A stretch of DNA of 32,000 nucleotides from Candidatus Jordarchaeales archaeon (GTDB taxonomy: Archaea; Asgardarchaeota; Jordiarchaeia; Jordiarchaeales; Freyrarchaeaceae), in NCBI GenBank assembly GCA_038858525.1, contig JAWCFL010000011.1, positions 25,284-57,283 on the forward strand, in the 5' to 3' direction. The notes beneath the pieces are model-generated. The model had not been told where the DNA came from, searched no databases, and saw nothing but the letters and a program-made list of their open reading frames with translations. Of this stretch, positions 1 through 9,031 are shown one piece after another; position 1 is the first letter of the stretch, and each line of letters begins with the position of its first letter. The translations under genes and the position numbers were made by a program.

Positions 1-1
1 T

Positions 2-226
2 GGTTGCGGCAACTGCGTCGTAGGGTGCCCAGCAATAGCAGCAGAGTGCCCCCTCATAGGGAGCGGTAAGGGCGAGGTGAGGGACAACGTGGTTTTTAGA
101 GTAGAGAACGGAAAAATAAAGGTGGTTGATCTCACGAAGTGCAGAAGGTATGGTCCAATAAAGACTTGTCGAGTGTGCGAAATGTACTGTTTCAGCGGTG
201 CCATAGAACTAAGAACAGTAGCCTAA
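2..226 (+). CDS. 4Fe-4S ferredoxin/polyferredoxin-type protein, C-terminal fragment (gene starts outside window)
   Basis: Frame 2 translates GCGNCVVGCPAIAAECPLIGSGKGEVRDNVVFRVENGKIKVVDLTKCRRYGPIKTCRVCEMYCFSGAIELRTVA*, with CxxCxxxCP cluster motifs; sits directly upstream of fwdB. Confidence 0.75.
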   Translation, partial: GCGNCVVGCPAIAAECPLIGSGKGEVRDNVVFRVENGKIKVVDLTKCRRYGPIKTCRVCEMYCFSGAIELRTVA

Positions 227-268
227 GAATTAGGAGTACTTTAACTTAGGTTAAAGGGTGAAGGAAAC

Positions 269-1561
269 TTGAGGTTTAAAACGGTCTGCACTGGTTGTAG
301 CCTTCTCTGCGACGACATCATAGTTGATCTAGAGGGGGAAAAAATAGTTTCCACGTTTAATCTTTGCGGCCACGGTGAGGAGAAGTTTCTGAGAGCGCGT
401 GGTACTGAAAGACTCCTTAAACCTTTTGTAAGAAGCCGGGATAGCGTGAGAGAGGTTTCCATCAGCGAAGCTATTGAGAAGGCGGCGGAGATCCTGCTAA
501 ATGCGGAAAGACCTGTTCTTTGGGGTTGGGGGTCTTCCTCTGTTGAGGCGCAAATAGCAGGAATAGAACTGGCACGTGAAATTGGAGGTGTGATTGATAG
601 TACTGGGTCCATATGCCATGGAATTACGTGGCTTGCTGCCTCGGAGAGCGGGTTATATACAGCCACACTAGGAGAGGTGATGAGCAGAGCTGACGTGGTT
701 GTTTATTGGGGTAGTGACCCTGGTCATTCGCATCCTCGCCATCTTAGCCGCTATAGTGTTCTTTCTAGAGGCATTTATACGCAGAGTGGCTATGAGCAAA
801 GACGGGTCTATGTGTTCGACATAAGAAGAACAAGGGTGGGAAAAATTGCTAATGTTTTAATAGAGGTGGAGCCAAACAAGGATTATGAGTTGATAACAGC
901 CATGCGACTTATTTTGAGAGGGAAAAAACTGCAATTTGATAGCGTTGCTGGTGTTCCTATTAAGACGATCGAGAAAGTAATACAAGAATGGAAGGAAAGG
1001 GACTTTGGCGTGGTGTTTTACGGCATGGGGTTGCTAGCCAGCCGAGGCAAGTACCGGAACTTAGAGGCACTTCTCAAATTGGTGTGGGAGATGAATGAAT
1101 ATACGAGCTTCGTAGCACTACCAATGGCCGGGCACTTTAATACGATTGGATTTAACCATACTGCAACATGGGTTACGGGTCACCCTTCAGGTATAGATTT
1201 CAGTAGAGGCGCACCATACGCTAACCCTGGAGAAACGACTTTCGTCGAAATGCTTCAAAGAGGTGAAGTTGATGCTGCACTCATAATAGGCTCTAACCCC
1301 ATGTCGAGTTTTCCAACCGAACTGGCGAGAAAACTTTCCCAGATCCCCCTAATAGTCGTTGACTGCTTCAGGACGCTCACTGTAAAGCATGCAACAGTGG
1401 CAATCCCAACGGCCATAACGGGAATAGAGGCGGGAGGCATAGCTTACAGGATGGACTCCGTCCCAATAATTTTGAGGGAGTTTCTTAGCCCGCCGGAAAG
1501 CATTCTCAGTGATGCGGATATTATTCGAAGTATAATTGAAAAAGTAAAAAGAAAGAATTAA
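269..1561 (+). CDS. fwdB: Formylmethanofuran dehydrogenase subunit B (molybdopterin oxidoreductase family)
   Basis: N-terminal VCTGCSLLCDDI Fe-S motif, SICHG with likely Mo/W-ligand Cys, DVVVYWGSDPGHSHPRHLSRYS; TTG start. Confidence 0.9.
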   Translation: MRFKTVCTGCSLLCDDIIVDLEGEKIVSTFNLCGHGEEKFLRARGTERLLKPFVRSRDSVREVSISEAIEKAAEILLNAERPVLWGWGSSSVEAQIAGIELAREIGGVIDSTGSICHGITWLAASESGLYTATLGEVMSRADVVVYWGSDPGHSHPRHLSRYSVLSRGIYTQSGYEQRRVYVFDIRRTRVGKIANVLIEVEPNKDYELITAMRLILRGKKLQFDSVAGVPIKTIEKVIQEWKERDFGVVFYGMGLLASRGKYRNLEALLKLVWEMNEYTSFVALPMAGHFNTIGFNHTATWVTGHPSGIDFSRGAPYANPGETTFVEMLQRGEVDAALIIGSNPMSSFPTELARKLSQIPLIVVDCFRTLTVKHATVAIPTAITGIEAGGIAYRMDSVPIILREFLSPPESILSDADIIRSIIEKVKRKN

Positions 1562-1562
1562 A

Positions 1563-2114
1563 TTAAAGTGGAGTGACTAGAAACTTTACCACTAGGAAAG
1601 GATTAAAGGTTAAATGTCTTCTCAAGACACGTGCGCCGGACGGATAAAATAAAGTTAATGCACCTATTTTTTGCCCATAGAGCTTTATGAGAAGTTGCGA
1701 TATGCGTCTTGCCTTTCTAGCTTGTGAGGCGAAGAGACGAGATGCTTGTGTTATATGAGGTTTAAGCATCAGGGAGTTACCGAAGAGGAAGAGGAAGGCG
1801 AGCGCAACAGCTAGAAACGAGGAAAGCGGCAAAGTAAGATAGGATGGGAGAAACGGATATGTGAGAGTGAGGGAGAAAGATATAAAAATTAAGAGTAGAA
1901 GAAGACGGAAAGGTGTGCTACGCCTGTAGAAGTTCTGCATTTCCCTTAGTCCTCTAAGAAGCGGTTTAAGTTCGTGAATGTCAACATGCTGCTGCAAGAA
2001 AAGGTAGGCTTGGCGAGTTAACAGGATGCTAGAAAAGAGGGGAGGTTTAAGCGATGCGAAAGCGTCCAGTTCCTCGATGACACGCCTTACAAAGGCAACA
2101 TCAAACGTATTCAT
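1563..2114 (-). CDS. Hypothetical protein with two predicted transmembrane segments
   Basis: 183 aa ORF with hydrophobic stretches FRLLLLLIFISFSLTLTYPFL and LPLSSFLAVALAFLFLFG; fits tightly between neighbours. Confidence 0.6.
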   Translation of the reverse strand: MNTFDVAFVRRVIEELDAFASLKPPLFSSILLTRQAYLFLQQHVDIHELKPLLRGLREMQNFYRRSTPFRLLLLLIFISFSLTLTYPFLPSYLTLPLSSFLAVALAFLFLFGNSLMLKPHITQASRLFASQARKARRISQLLIKLYGQKIGALTLFYPSGARVLRRHLTFNPFLVVKFLVTPL

Positions 2115-2149
2115 ATGGACTCACTCATGCCAAAAGCTAAATCAGGGGT

Positions 2150-2686
2150 TTATTTTTCAGAGAAAAGCGTTATATATTCTTGGGCTAATTTCCTGTATGT
2201 TTCCACTCCCGCCTTAATTATCTCAACCGTTTCTGGGGGGAGAGTTTTTTTGAGCTGAGCTGGCGCACCTACTATGAGGCTATTCGGGGGGAACTCTTTT
2301 CCCTCCGTGACTAAGGATCCGGCGCCAACTATTGACCCTGAACCTATTTTTGCTCCGTTAAGTATTATGCTTCCCATACCTATCACTGTGCTGCTTCCGA
2401 TAATGCAACCATGCAGAACTGAATTATGGCCCACCACGACGTCGTCACCAATGCGACAAGGGTTACCGGGGTCTGCGTGAATAGTTACGTTATCTTGGAT
2501 GTTCGTTCTCTCTCCGATCTCTATGAGTTCAAGATCTCCACGTATAACGGCGCCAAACCATATGCTTGCGTCCCTCGCAACTCTAACATTACCTATTATT
2601 GTGGCGTTTGGAGCTACAAAAACGGATGGGTGGAGCTGAGGCTTCTTGCCCATAAAAAGATAAACAGGCATTCGTGAATCCTCCAC
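2150..2686 (-). CDS. Gamma-class carbonic anhydrase-like left-handed beta-helix protein (hexapeptide repeats)
   Basis: Hexapeptide repeats; DNVTIHAD and VGHNSVLHG histidines typical of Cam/gamma-CA metal sites; IRGD motif. Confidence 0.85.
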   Translation of the reverse strand: MEDSRMPVYLFMGKKPQLHPSVFVAPNATIIGNVRVARDASIWFGAVIRGDLELIEIGERTNIQDNVTIHADPGNPCRIGDDVVVGHNSVLHGCIIGSSTVIGMGSIILNGAKIGSGSIVGAGSLVTEGKEFPPNSLIVGAPAQLKKTLPPETVEIIKAGVETYRKLAQEYITLFSEK

Positions 2687-2701
2687 GACCAGAACAATTT
2701 C

Positions 2702-3544
2702 TTAAATGTTTCGATTTGTCTTTTTAAGGTATTCTCCTATAGGAAGAAAAGAGACACCCTTGTCTTCGAGATACGCTATGAGACGGTAAAGTAGGGAAAC
2801 GTTCTCCTGCACTTGCCGAGGTGAGAGCTTCAAGTTAGATGAGATCCTGTATGCAAAATGCCATGCGTGAGTTGATATCATCAGTAAGCCACCATCGTCG
2901 TTCGCTATGTACGTATCCAGTATATGTTTAAATTCGTCGAAACTTCTTTTTCCCTCATGTAAAGTCCAAGTATAGAGCGTCGCCTTCCTTTCGTTTAAGG
3001 GGTATAATGGGAGGGGGACCTCAAACAATTTGCACCCTAAAAGGTATGGGTGAGGAGGCTTAAACGACTCCGAGTATATAGAAGAGTCATACTTGTAATC
3101 TAGAGACCTCAGAATTTCACCTAGATTGGGTGTAGTGGACAAGTATGGTGCTCTGAAGCCTACAGGCTTTAACCCTGTGATTTCTGATATTATCTCTGTG
3201 GCTTTTCTTATCAGCGCCAGCTGTTGAAGTGGGGGTATTGGAACACCAGTGTATTTTCCGGCGAGATCTTCGTGATCCAAACCGTGGCATCCAACCTCAT
3301 TTTTCGTAACGACTCCGAGTAACGCTTCATCATGAGCACATATGTGCTGAAGCGCTCTGGCTTCAACGAAAAAAGTCACCTTTAGACTTATTTCTTCCAG
3401 CATGTTGGAAAGCGCCTTCAGCCCCCTAATCGTACAAGTGAAGCTAGGCTTACATTCAGGAGAGTAACTGGCTGCCTTTAGCGTCCCACTTACAGGAACA
3501 GGGTAGTCACGGTCTAAGTCGATTGTGAGAGCGACGTAAGGCAT
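2702..3544 (-). CDS. Polysaccharide deacetylase (NodB-like) family protein
   Basis: VALTIDLDRDYP, ATFFVEAR-like KVTFFVEARAL, NEVGCHGLDHEDL, GFRAPYLS motifs. Confidence 0.8.
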   Translation of the reverse strand: MPYVALTIDLDRDYPVPVSGTLKAASYSPECKPSFTCTIRGLKALSNMLEEISLKVTFFVEARALQHICAHDEALLGVVTKNEVGCHGLDHEDLAGKYTGVPIPPLQQLALIRKATEIISEITGLKPVGFRAPYLSTTPNLGEILRSLDYKYDSSIYSESFKPPHPYLLGCKLFEVPLPLYPLNERKATLYTWTLHEGKRSFDEFKHILDTYIANDDGGLLMISTHAWHFAYRISSNLKLSPRQVQENVSLLYRLIAYLEDKGVSFLPIGEYLKKTNRNI

Positions 3545-3690
3545 TGTTAGCGCCCCTATACAGCTCTGTTCAGGAAGATGAAGCGTTAAAATCTTTTAAA
3601 AATGCTTGCGTCACTAAGGACGAGGTTTTTTAGCAAAACGCTCATCGTTATAAACGAGAGTTTCCAAATACATTTAGGAGGTCTTTAACC

Positions 3691-4551
3691 TTGGTTGCCA
3701 AAATCATTGATGGACGTAGCATTGCAGCTGAAGTCAGGAGACAGGTAGCTGAAGAAGCTAAGCTACTTTGGGAGAAGCACGGCGTACGCCCAGGATTAGC
3801 TGCTATTTTAATAGGTAATGACCCTGCCTCAGAAGTTTACGTTGGCTTAAAGCAGAAAGCCTGTGAGGAGGCAGCTTTCACTTTTAGGAGAATAACATTA
3901 CCAGAGAATGTAAGTGAGGAAGAGGTTATTGAGCGCGTTCATAAGCTTAACGTTGATGAGCGCATACATGGAGTTATAGTTCAGCTTCCATTACCACGCC
4001 ATTTGAATGAAAACAGAATAATAGAAGCGCTCTTACCCGAAAAGGATGCGGATGGTCTTCACCCAGCTAACATGGGGCGCCTCCTATTAGGTGATGAAAG
4101 CGTTACTCCATGCACGCCTACCGGGATAATTACTCTCCTCGAAAGGGAAGGGGTCACCCTCCGAGGGAAGCATGTTGTTATAGTTAACAGAAGCAAAATA
4201 GTCGGCCGCCCATTAATGGTCATGATGCTTAATAGAGACGCCACAGTCACCGTGTGCCACTCTAAAACCGTTAACCTCGCAGAGCAAACAAAAGCCGCAG
4301 ATATCTTGGTTGTCGCCGTAGGAAGACCGATGTTCATTACGGAGGATATGGTGAGAGAGGGAGCCATTGTGATTGATGTGGGGATTAACAGGGTTGAGGG
4401 GAGAATAGTGGGGGATGTTGATTTTGAGAGAGTAAAGGAGAAGGCTGCTGCCATAACGCCTGTTCCTGGCGGTGTGGGCCCTATGACTGTGGCGTTGCTC
4501 TTGATGAACGTGCTTAAAGCTGCTAAACGCAGCGTAGAAAAAATTAGGTAG
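3691..4551 (+). CDS. folD: Bifunctional methylene-tetrahydrofolate dehydrogenase/cyclohydrolase
   Basis: VYVGLKQKACEE, GVIVQLPLPRHLNE, VIVNRSKIVGRPL, PVPGGVGPMTVALLLMN signatures. Confidence 0.95.
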   Translation: MVAKIIDGRSIAAEVRRQVAEEAKLLWEKHGVRPGLAAILIGNDPASEVYVGLKQKACEEAAFTFRRITLPENVSEEEVIERVHKLNVDERIHGVIVQLPLPRHLNENRIIEALLPEKDADGLHPANMGRLLLGDESVTPCTPTGIITLLEREGVTLRGKHVVIVNRSKIVGRPLMVMMLNRDATVTVCHSKTVNLAEQTKAADILVVAVGRPMFITEDMVREGAIVIDVGINRVEGRIVGDVDFERVKEKAAAITPVPGGVGPMTVALLLMNVLKAAKRSVEKIR

Positions 4552-4561
4552 GAGGGGTGGC

Positions 4562-6097
4562 ATGAAGGCCAAGCGCGCGCTTATAAGCGTGTGGGATAAG
4601 AGAGGCATACTTGAGTTAGCTAAAGCACTTCATGAAATGGGTATTGAGATAGTTGCAACCGAGGGTACTGCTAAGGCGCTCGAAGGAGTGCCTGTGAGGA
4701 GGATATCAGAACTAACAGGGTTTACCGAGATGCTAGACGGCAGAGTCAAGAGCCTGCACCCTCACGTTTACAGTGCTATTCTGGCTAGAAATAAAGAGGA
4801 AGATTTGAGGCAACTCAGGAAGATGGGGATAGAGCCCATAGACATCGTAATTGTTAACCTTTACCCTTTCATGGAAGTGGCAGCAAAAAATGAGGAACTA
4901 GACTTACTCGTGGAGAACATTGATATTGGAGGAGTGAGCCTGGTCAGGGCCGCCGCGAAAAACTTCGAGAGAGTTACTGTTGTTGTTGACCCGGAGGACT
5001 ACAATTTGATTCTTGAAGAATTGAAGAAGTATGGAGGAGTGCGAGAGGAAACTAGGAGAAGACTTGCGGTAAAGGCGTTCGCGTATACTTCAGGGTATGA
5101 CGATGCCATAACGCAGGCGCTCTCCAGCAGGCTCCTAGGGAAGGGAGAAATGCCGGACATACTTACTTTAAGGTTCGCTAAAGTACAGGACTTAAGGTAT
5201 GGAGAAAACCCGCATCAGAAAGCTGCGCTCTACAAGGAAATCGCCTCAATTGTTAGTGGAGCAGTTGTCGACGCTGTGCAACTTCAAGGCAAGGAGCTCT
5301 CGTTTAACAACATTCTTGACCTAAACGCAGCACTCGAGATTATAAGGGAGTTTTCAAAACCAATGGCGGTTGTAATTAAGCACACGAACCCGTGCGGAGC
5401 AGCAACAGGTGAAACGATACGTGATGCTTACGTGAGGGCTAGGGAAAGCGACCCTGTATCGGCATACGGTAGCATAGTGGGCTTAAACGGGAAAGTAGAT
5501 CTTGATACGGCAAGGGAGATTACTTCAACATTCGTCGAGGCGGTCATTGCACCCGGCTATACAGAAGACGCTTTAGAGGAGCTTAAAAAGAAGGAGAGCT
5601 TAAGGGTGCTTATGCTGCCCACCATTAAAAGGCGGGAGGCAGGCATCGACTTCAGAAGGGTAGTCGGCGGGTTACTTGTCCAAAGTGAAGACTTGACTGA
5701 GGAAGACTTTCCAGATTTTAAAGTTGTTAGTGCCAGAGAGCCAACGGAGAGAGAAGTCCAATCGGCATTGTTCGGATGGAGGATAGTCAAACACGTGAAG
5801 TCGAACGCAATAGTGATCGCCAATGGGGAGTGGGTTGTAGGAGTAGGAGCAGGACAGATGAGCAGGGTGGACTCAGCGAAGATCGCGCTAGAGAAAGCGG
5901 GAGGCAGAGCAAAGGGAGGAGTGCTTGCGTCAGACGGCTTCATTCCCTTCAGGGATACTGTTGACGCCGCCGCCGAGGCAGGGGTAACATGTATTATACA
6001 GCCTGGTGGTTCCAAAAGAGACGAAGAAGTTATAGAGGCGGCAAACGAGCACGGTATGGCCATGATCCATACAGGCATAAGGCACTTCAAGCACTAG
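4562..6097 (+). CDS. purH: Bifunctional AICAR formyltransferase/IMP cyclohydrolase
   Basis: RALISVWDKRGILELAKAL, TEGTAKAL, DGRVKSLHPHVY, DLRYGENPHQKAALY, VIKHTNPCGAA, FIPFRDTVDAAAEAGVTCIIQPGGSKRD. Confidence 0.95.
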   Translation: MKAKRALISVWDKRGILELAKALHEMGIEIVATEGTAKALEGVPVRRISELTGFTEMLDGRVKSLHPHVYSAILARNKEEDLRQLRKMGIEPIDIVIVNLYPFMEVAAKNEELDLLVENIDIGGVSLVRAAAKNFERVTVVVDPEDYNLILEELKKYGGVREETRRRLAVKAFAYTSGYDDAITQALSSRLLGKGEMPDILTLRFAKVQDLRYGENPHQKAALYKEIASIVSGAVVDAVQLQGKELSFNNILDLNAALEIIREFSKPMAVVIKHTNPCGAATGETIRDAYVRARESDPVSAYGSIVGLNGKVDLDTAREITSTFVEAVIAPGYTEDALEELKKKESLRVLMLPTIKRREAGIDFRRVVGGLLVQSEDLTEEDFPDFKVVSAREPTEREVQSALFGWRIVKHVKSNAIVIANGEWVVGVGAGQMSRVDSAKIALEKAGGRAKGGVLASDGFIPFRDTVDAAAEAGVTCIIQPGGSKRDEEVIEAANEHGMAMIHTGIRHFKH

Positions 6098-6117
6098 GCG
6101 TACGAGGAAGGGAGAAT

Positions 6118-7293
6118 TTGCCTGCACCACTAGAAGGGATTACCGTCCTAGATTTAACTAGGCTTCTCCCTGGTCCCTTCTGCTCAATGATTTTAGGAGA
6201 CTTGGGAGCAAATGTGATAAAAATCGAGTCAGTACGGTTAGGCGACTGGACGAGGTGGGTTCCACCTTTTATCCAGAGTGAAAGCGCTATTTTTCTTTCC
6301 GTTAACAGAAACAAGAAAAGTGTAACTTTAAACCTGAGGAGCGAAGAAGGACTTGAAATATTCTATAGGATGGTTAGGAGGAGCGATGTGATCCTTGAGG
6401 GGTTTAGGCCGGGCGTGGCTAGAAGGCTTAGAATAGATTATGATACAGTGAGGAAAATTAACCCACGAATAGTATACTGCTCTATTTCGGGCTTCGGCCA
6501 GAACGGACCTTACGCTGAGAGAAGTGGACACGACGTCAATTATGTAGGAATAGGGGGAGTACTCGATTTAACGGGAGTGAGGGATGAGCCACCTGTTATT
6601 CCCGGAGTGCCGATAGCTGACTTGGCAGGCGGCATGGCTGGAGTAATCGGCGTGCTAGCAGCCCTCTTGGCTAGAGAAAAAACAGGTGTAGGCCAGTATG
6701 TTGACGTTTCAATGCTGGACATCGTAGTTTCTTGGCTTTCAATTTACGCTGGTATGCACCTAATTGGGGGAGTTACTGTTAGTAGAGGAAGTAACATATT
6801 AGCGGGGGGTATAGGTAGTTATGGTGTTTTCGAAACGAAAGATGGAAAGTACATTACGCTAGGGATACTGGAAGAGCACTTCTGGAGAAATTTCTGTAGA
6901 GCCGTAGAAAGACCTGACCTTGAAAAGTACCCTTACCTTTCACTCGAAAGAAGAGACGAGCTACATGAAATTATTCAGGAGATAATTGTGAATAGGACGC
7001 TCAACGAGTGGCTTAGGATTTTTGAAGAGAACGATGTGCCATGCGGCCCGGTCAATAGCCTACGTGAAGTATTTTCTGATCCACATGTTTTACATCGCGA
7101 AATGGTAACAGAAGTGGAACACGCAAAGGTGGGAAAAATTAAACAAGTCGGGTTTCCATTAAAGTTCTCTGAGAAGTGGCGCGTAATCAGGCAGCCCCCA
7201 CCCATTCTGGGGGAGCACACTGTGGAAGTCCTGAGAGAAATAGGGTACAACGACGAAGAAATAGAAAACTTTAGGAAGAAGGGGGTAATCTGA
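6118..7293 (+). CDS. CoA-transferase family III (CaiB/BaiF)
   Basis: LPAPLEGITVLDLTRLLPGPFCSMILGDLGANVIKIE; TTG start at 6118 is preferred over the upstream ORF start 5989, which overlaps purH. Confidence 0.9.
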   Translation: MPAPLEGITVLDLTRLLPGPFCSMILGDLGANVIKIESVRLGDWTRWVPPFIQSESAIFLSVNRNKKSVTLNLRSEEGLEIFYRMVRRSDVILEGFRPGVARRLRIDYDTVRKINPRIVYCSISGFGQNGPYAERSGHDVNYVGIGGVLDLTGVRDEPPVIPGVPIADLAGGMAGVIGVLAALLAREKTGVGQYVDVSMLDIVVSWLSIYAGMHLIGGVTVSRGSNILAGGIGSYGVFETKDGKYITLGILEEHFWRNFCRAVERPDLEKYPYLSLERRDELHEIIQEIIVNRTLNEWLRIFEENDVPCGPVNSLREVFSDPHVLHREMVTEVEHAKVGKIKQVGFPLKFSEKWRVIRQPPPILGEHTVEVLREIGYNDEEIENFRKKGVI

Positions 7294-7315
7294 AAGAATT
7301 TTAAGGTGATACATT

Positions 7316-8299
7316 GTGAGCGTTAAGTCTAGAGGGGTGCTTATTCCATCGGCTGTTGCAATGGTTTTAAAGAAGCAGAAGTACCAGCTTGTTGGGAGGC
7401 ACTCCGCAGTTAAGCGCTGCCATTGGTTTTACAAGGCGTTGACGGGCAGGGGACACTGTTACAAGCAGGAGTGGTATAATATTAGGTCGCATAGGTGTCT
7501 TCAAATGACGCCTTGCGCTGTGTTCTGCACCAATCGCTGTCTTCCATGCTGGCGTTTGGAGCCGGGGGATTTGGGGTTTGAATGGGATCAAATGGCGATA
7601 CTGAGGGAGGACGTAGATGAGCCGGAGGAAATTGTTGAGGAATGCATTAGGGCGCAACGAAGAATACTCACTGGTTTTAACCCTGCACACCACCAATTAG
7701 TTAGTGAGGAGAAGTGGAGGGAGGCACTTGAGCCTAAGCATGCTGCTATAAGTTTAGCAGGCGAGCCTACTCTTTACTCTGAACTGGGAGGCCTTATAGA
7801 GGCCTTCCACAGAAGGGGGATGACTACGTTTCTTGTGACAAATGGAGTGGTTCCCGAGAGGCTTGAGGAGATAGAGGAGCCGACGCAGCTTTACCTTACA
7901 CTTTACGCTCCATCTGAGGATGTCTATAAGCAGGTTTGTAGGCCTCTCCTAAAAGACGCTTGGAGCAGAGTTGTTGAAAGCCTAAGCTTACTGAGAAGTT
8001 TTAGTTGCCCGACGGTAGTGAGGCTTACTTTAGTTAAAGGGTTAAACTTTATGGAGCCAGAGAAGTACGCTGAGCTCATAAAGTTGGCTGAGCCCACTTA
8101 TGTAGAGTGCAAAAGCTACGTGTCGGTTGGAATGTCCCTTAGAAGAGGTTTAAACAATAGTAACATGGTGGGTGTTGGCGAATTAAGGTTATTTGCAGAA
8201 AAGATAGGAGAGGAGTTAGGGTATAACATTATAGGGGAGTCTGTTTCGAGTAGAGTTATCTTGTTGAGTAAGCTTAGCAAACCGATAAAAGTGGCTTAA
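7316..8299 (+). CDS. taw1: tRNA 4-demethylwyosine synthase, radical SAM (TYW1/Taw1)
   Basis: CAVFCTNRCLPCWR radical SAM cluster motif, FYKALTGRGHCYKQEWY, TYVECKSYVSVG. Confidence 0.9.
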   Translation: MSVKSRGVLIPSAVAMVLKKQKYQLVGRHSAVKRCHWFYKALTGRGHCYKQEWYNIRSHRCLQMTPCAVFCTNRCLPCWRLEPGDLGFEWDQMAILREDVDEPEEIVEECIRAQRRILTGFNPAHHQLVSEEKWREALEPKHAAISLAGEPTLYSELGGLIEAFHRRGMTTFLVTNGVVPERLEEIEEPTQLYLTLYAPSEDVYKQVCRPLLKDAWSRVVESLSLLRSFSCPTVVRLTLVKGLNFMEPEKYAELIKLAEPTYVECKSYVSVGMSLRRGLNNSNMVGVGELRLFAEKIGEELGYNIIGESVSSRVILLSKLSKPIKVA

Positions 8300-8389
8300 A
8301 CACGATTTTTTAAAGCGCAGGGCACAACCTTTAAACGTTTTAGGCTTTTCGGTATGCTGAAGAGAAAAGGTGCTACTAGGTGGCTCTTC

Positions 8390-9031
8390 ATGCCCATTAG
8401 AGATATTATCCTTAAAATAATAGAGGAGCTTGAGGAGAGGGATAAGGTTAGAGAGAAGGTTTTGTCTCTTTCAAGAGAGGTTGTGAGGCTTGCAGGCTTT
8501 GCGATAAGAGCGATGCATAGAGGCGAACTGAGGGATGCTGAGGAAAAGTTGAGGATGGCAGAGGAGCGCTTAAGTGACGCGGTAGCGACTACGGCAAAGT
8601 ATGACGAGTTCGCCTACAAGGGCTTTATGACTACGGCATTCCAAGAATACGCTGAAGCTCGCTTACTTCACGCTTTTATCATGGGCAGAGAAATTCCATC
8701 TCCCCAGGAGTTAAACGTTCCCAGTATTCCATACTTGATGGCGCTGGGCGATTTCGTTGGCGAGCTACGACGTAACGTGTTAATATGCATGAGAGATGGA
8801 AGGTTCGAAGACGCTGAAAGAGCTCTGGATTTAATGGAAGAGGTATATGTAAACATGATGCTTGTCGACTACCCAGAAGTCTCCTCTCTGGGGTTTAGGC
8901 AAAAGTGCGACGTCGCCCGTAGCCTCCTAGAAAGGACGAGAGCCGAGGTACTCCTCGTATCGCAGGAGGCTAAGTTAGCGGAGGGTATAGAGAAGCTCTT
9001 GAAGAGATGGAAGGGAGAGAATGAGGTTTAA
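8390..9031 (+). CDS. Translin family protein
   Basis: All-helical; YDEFAYKGFMTTAFQEYAEARLLHAFI, IPYLMALGDFVGELRR. ATG at 8390 (MPIRD) seems the better start; the ORF track opens at 8354. Confidence 0.85.
   Translation: MPIRDIILKIIEELEERDKVREKVLSLSREVVRLAGFAIRAMHRGELRDAEEKLRMAEERLSDAVATTAKYDEFAYKGFMTTAFQEYAEARLLHAFIMGREIPSPQELNVPSIPYLMALGDFVGELRRNVLICMRDGRFEDAERALDLMEEVYVNMMLVDYPEVSSLGFRQKCDVARSLLERTRAEVLLVSQEAKLAEGIEKLLKRWKGENEV

Noticed and set aside
269-1561. Possible selenocysteine form of FwdB
   Set aside because: The position in SICHG is a normal TGC Cys codon; no in-frame TGA.
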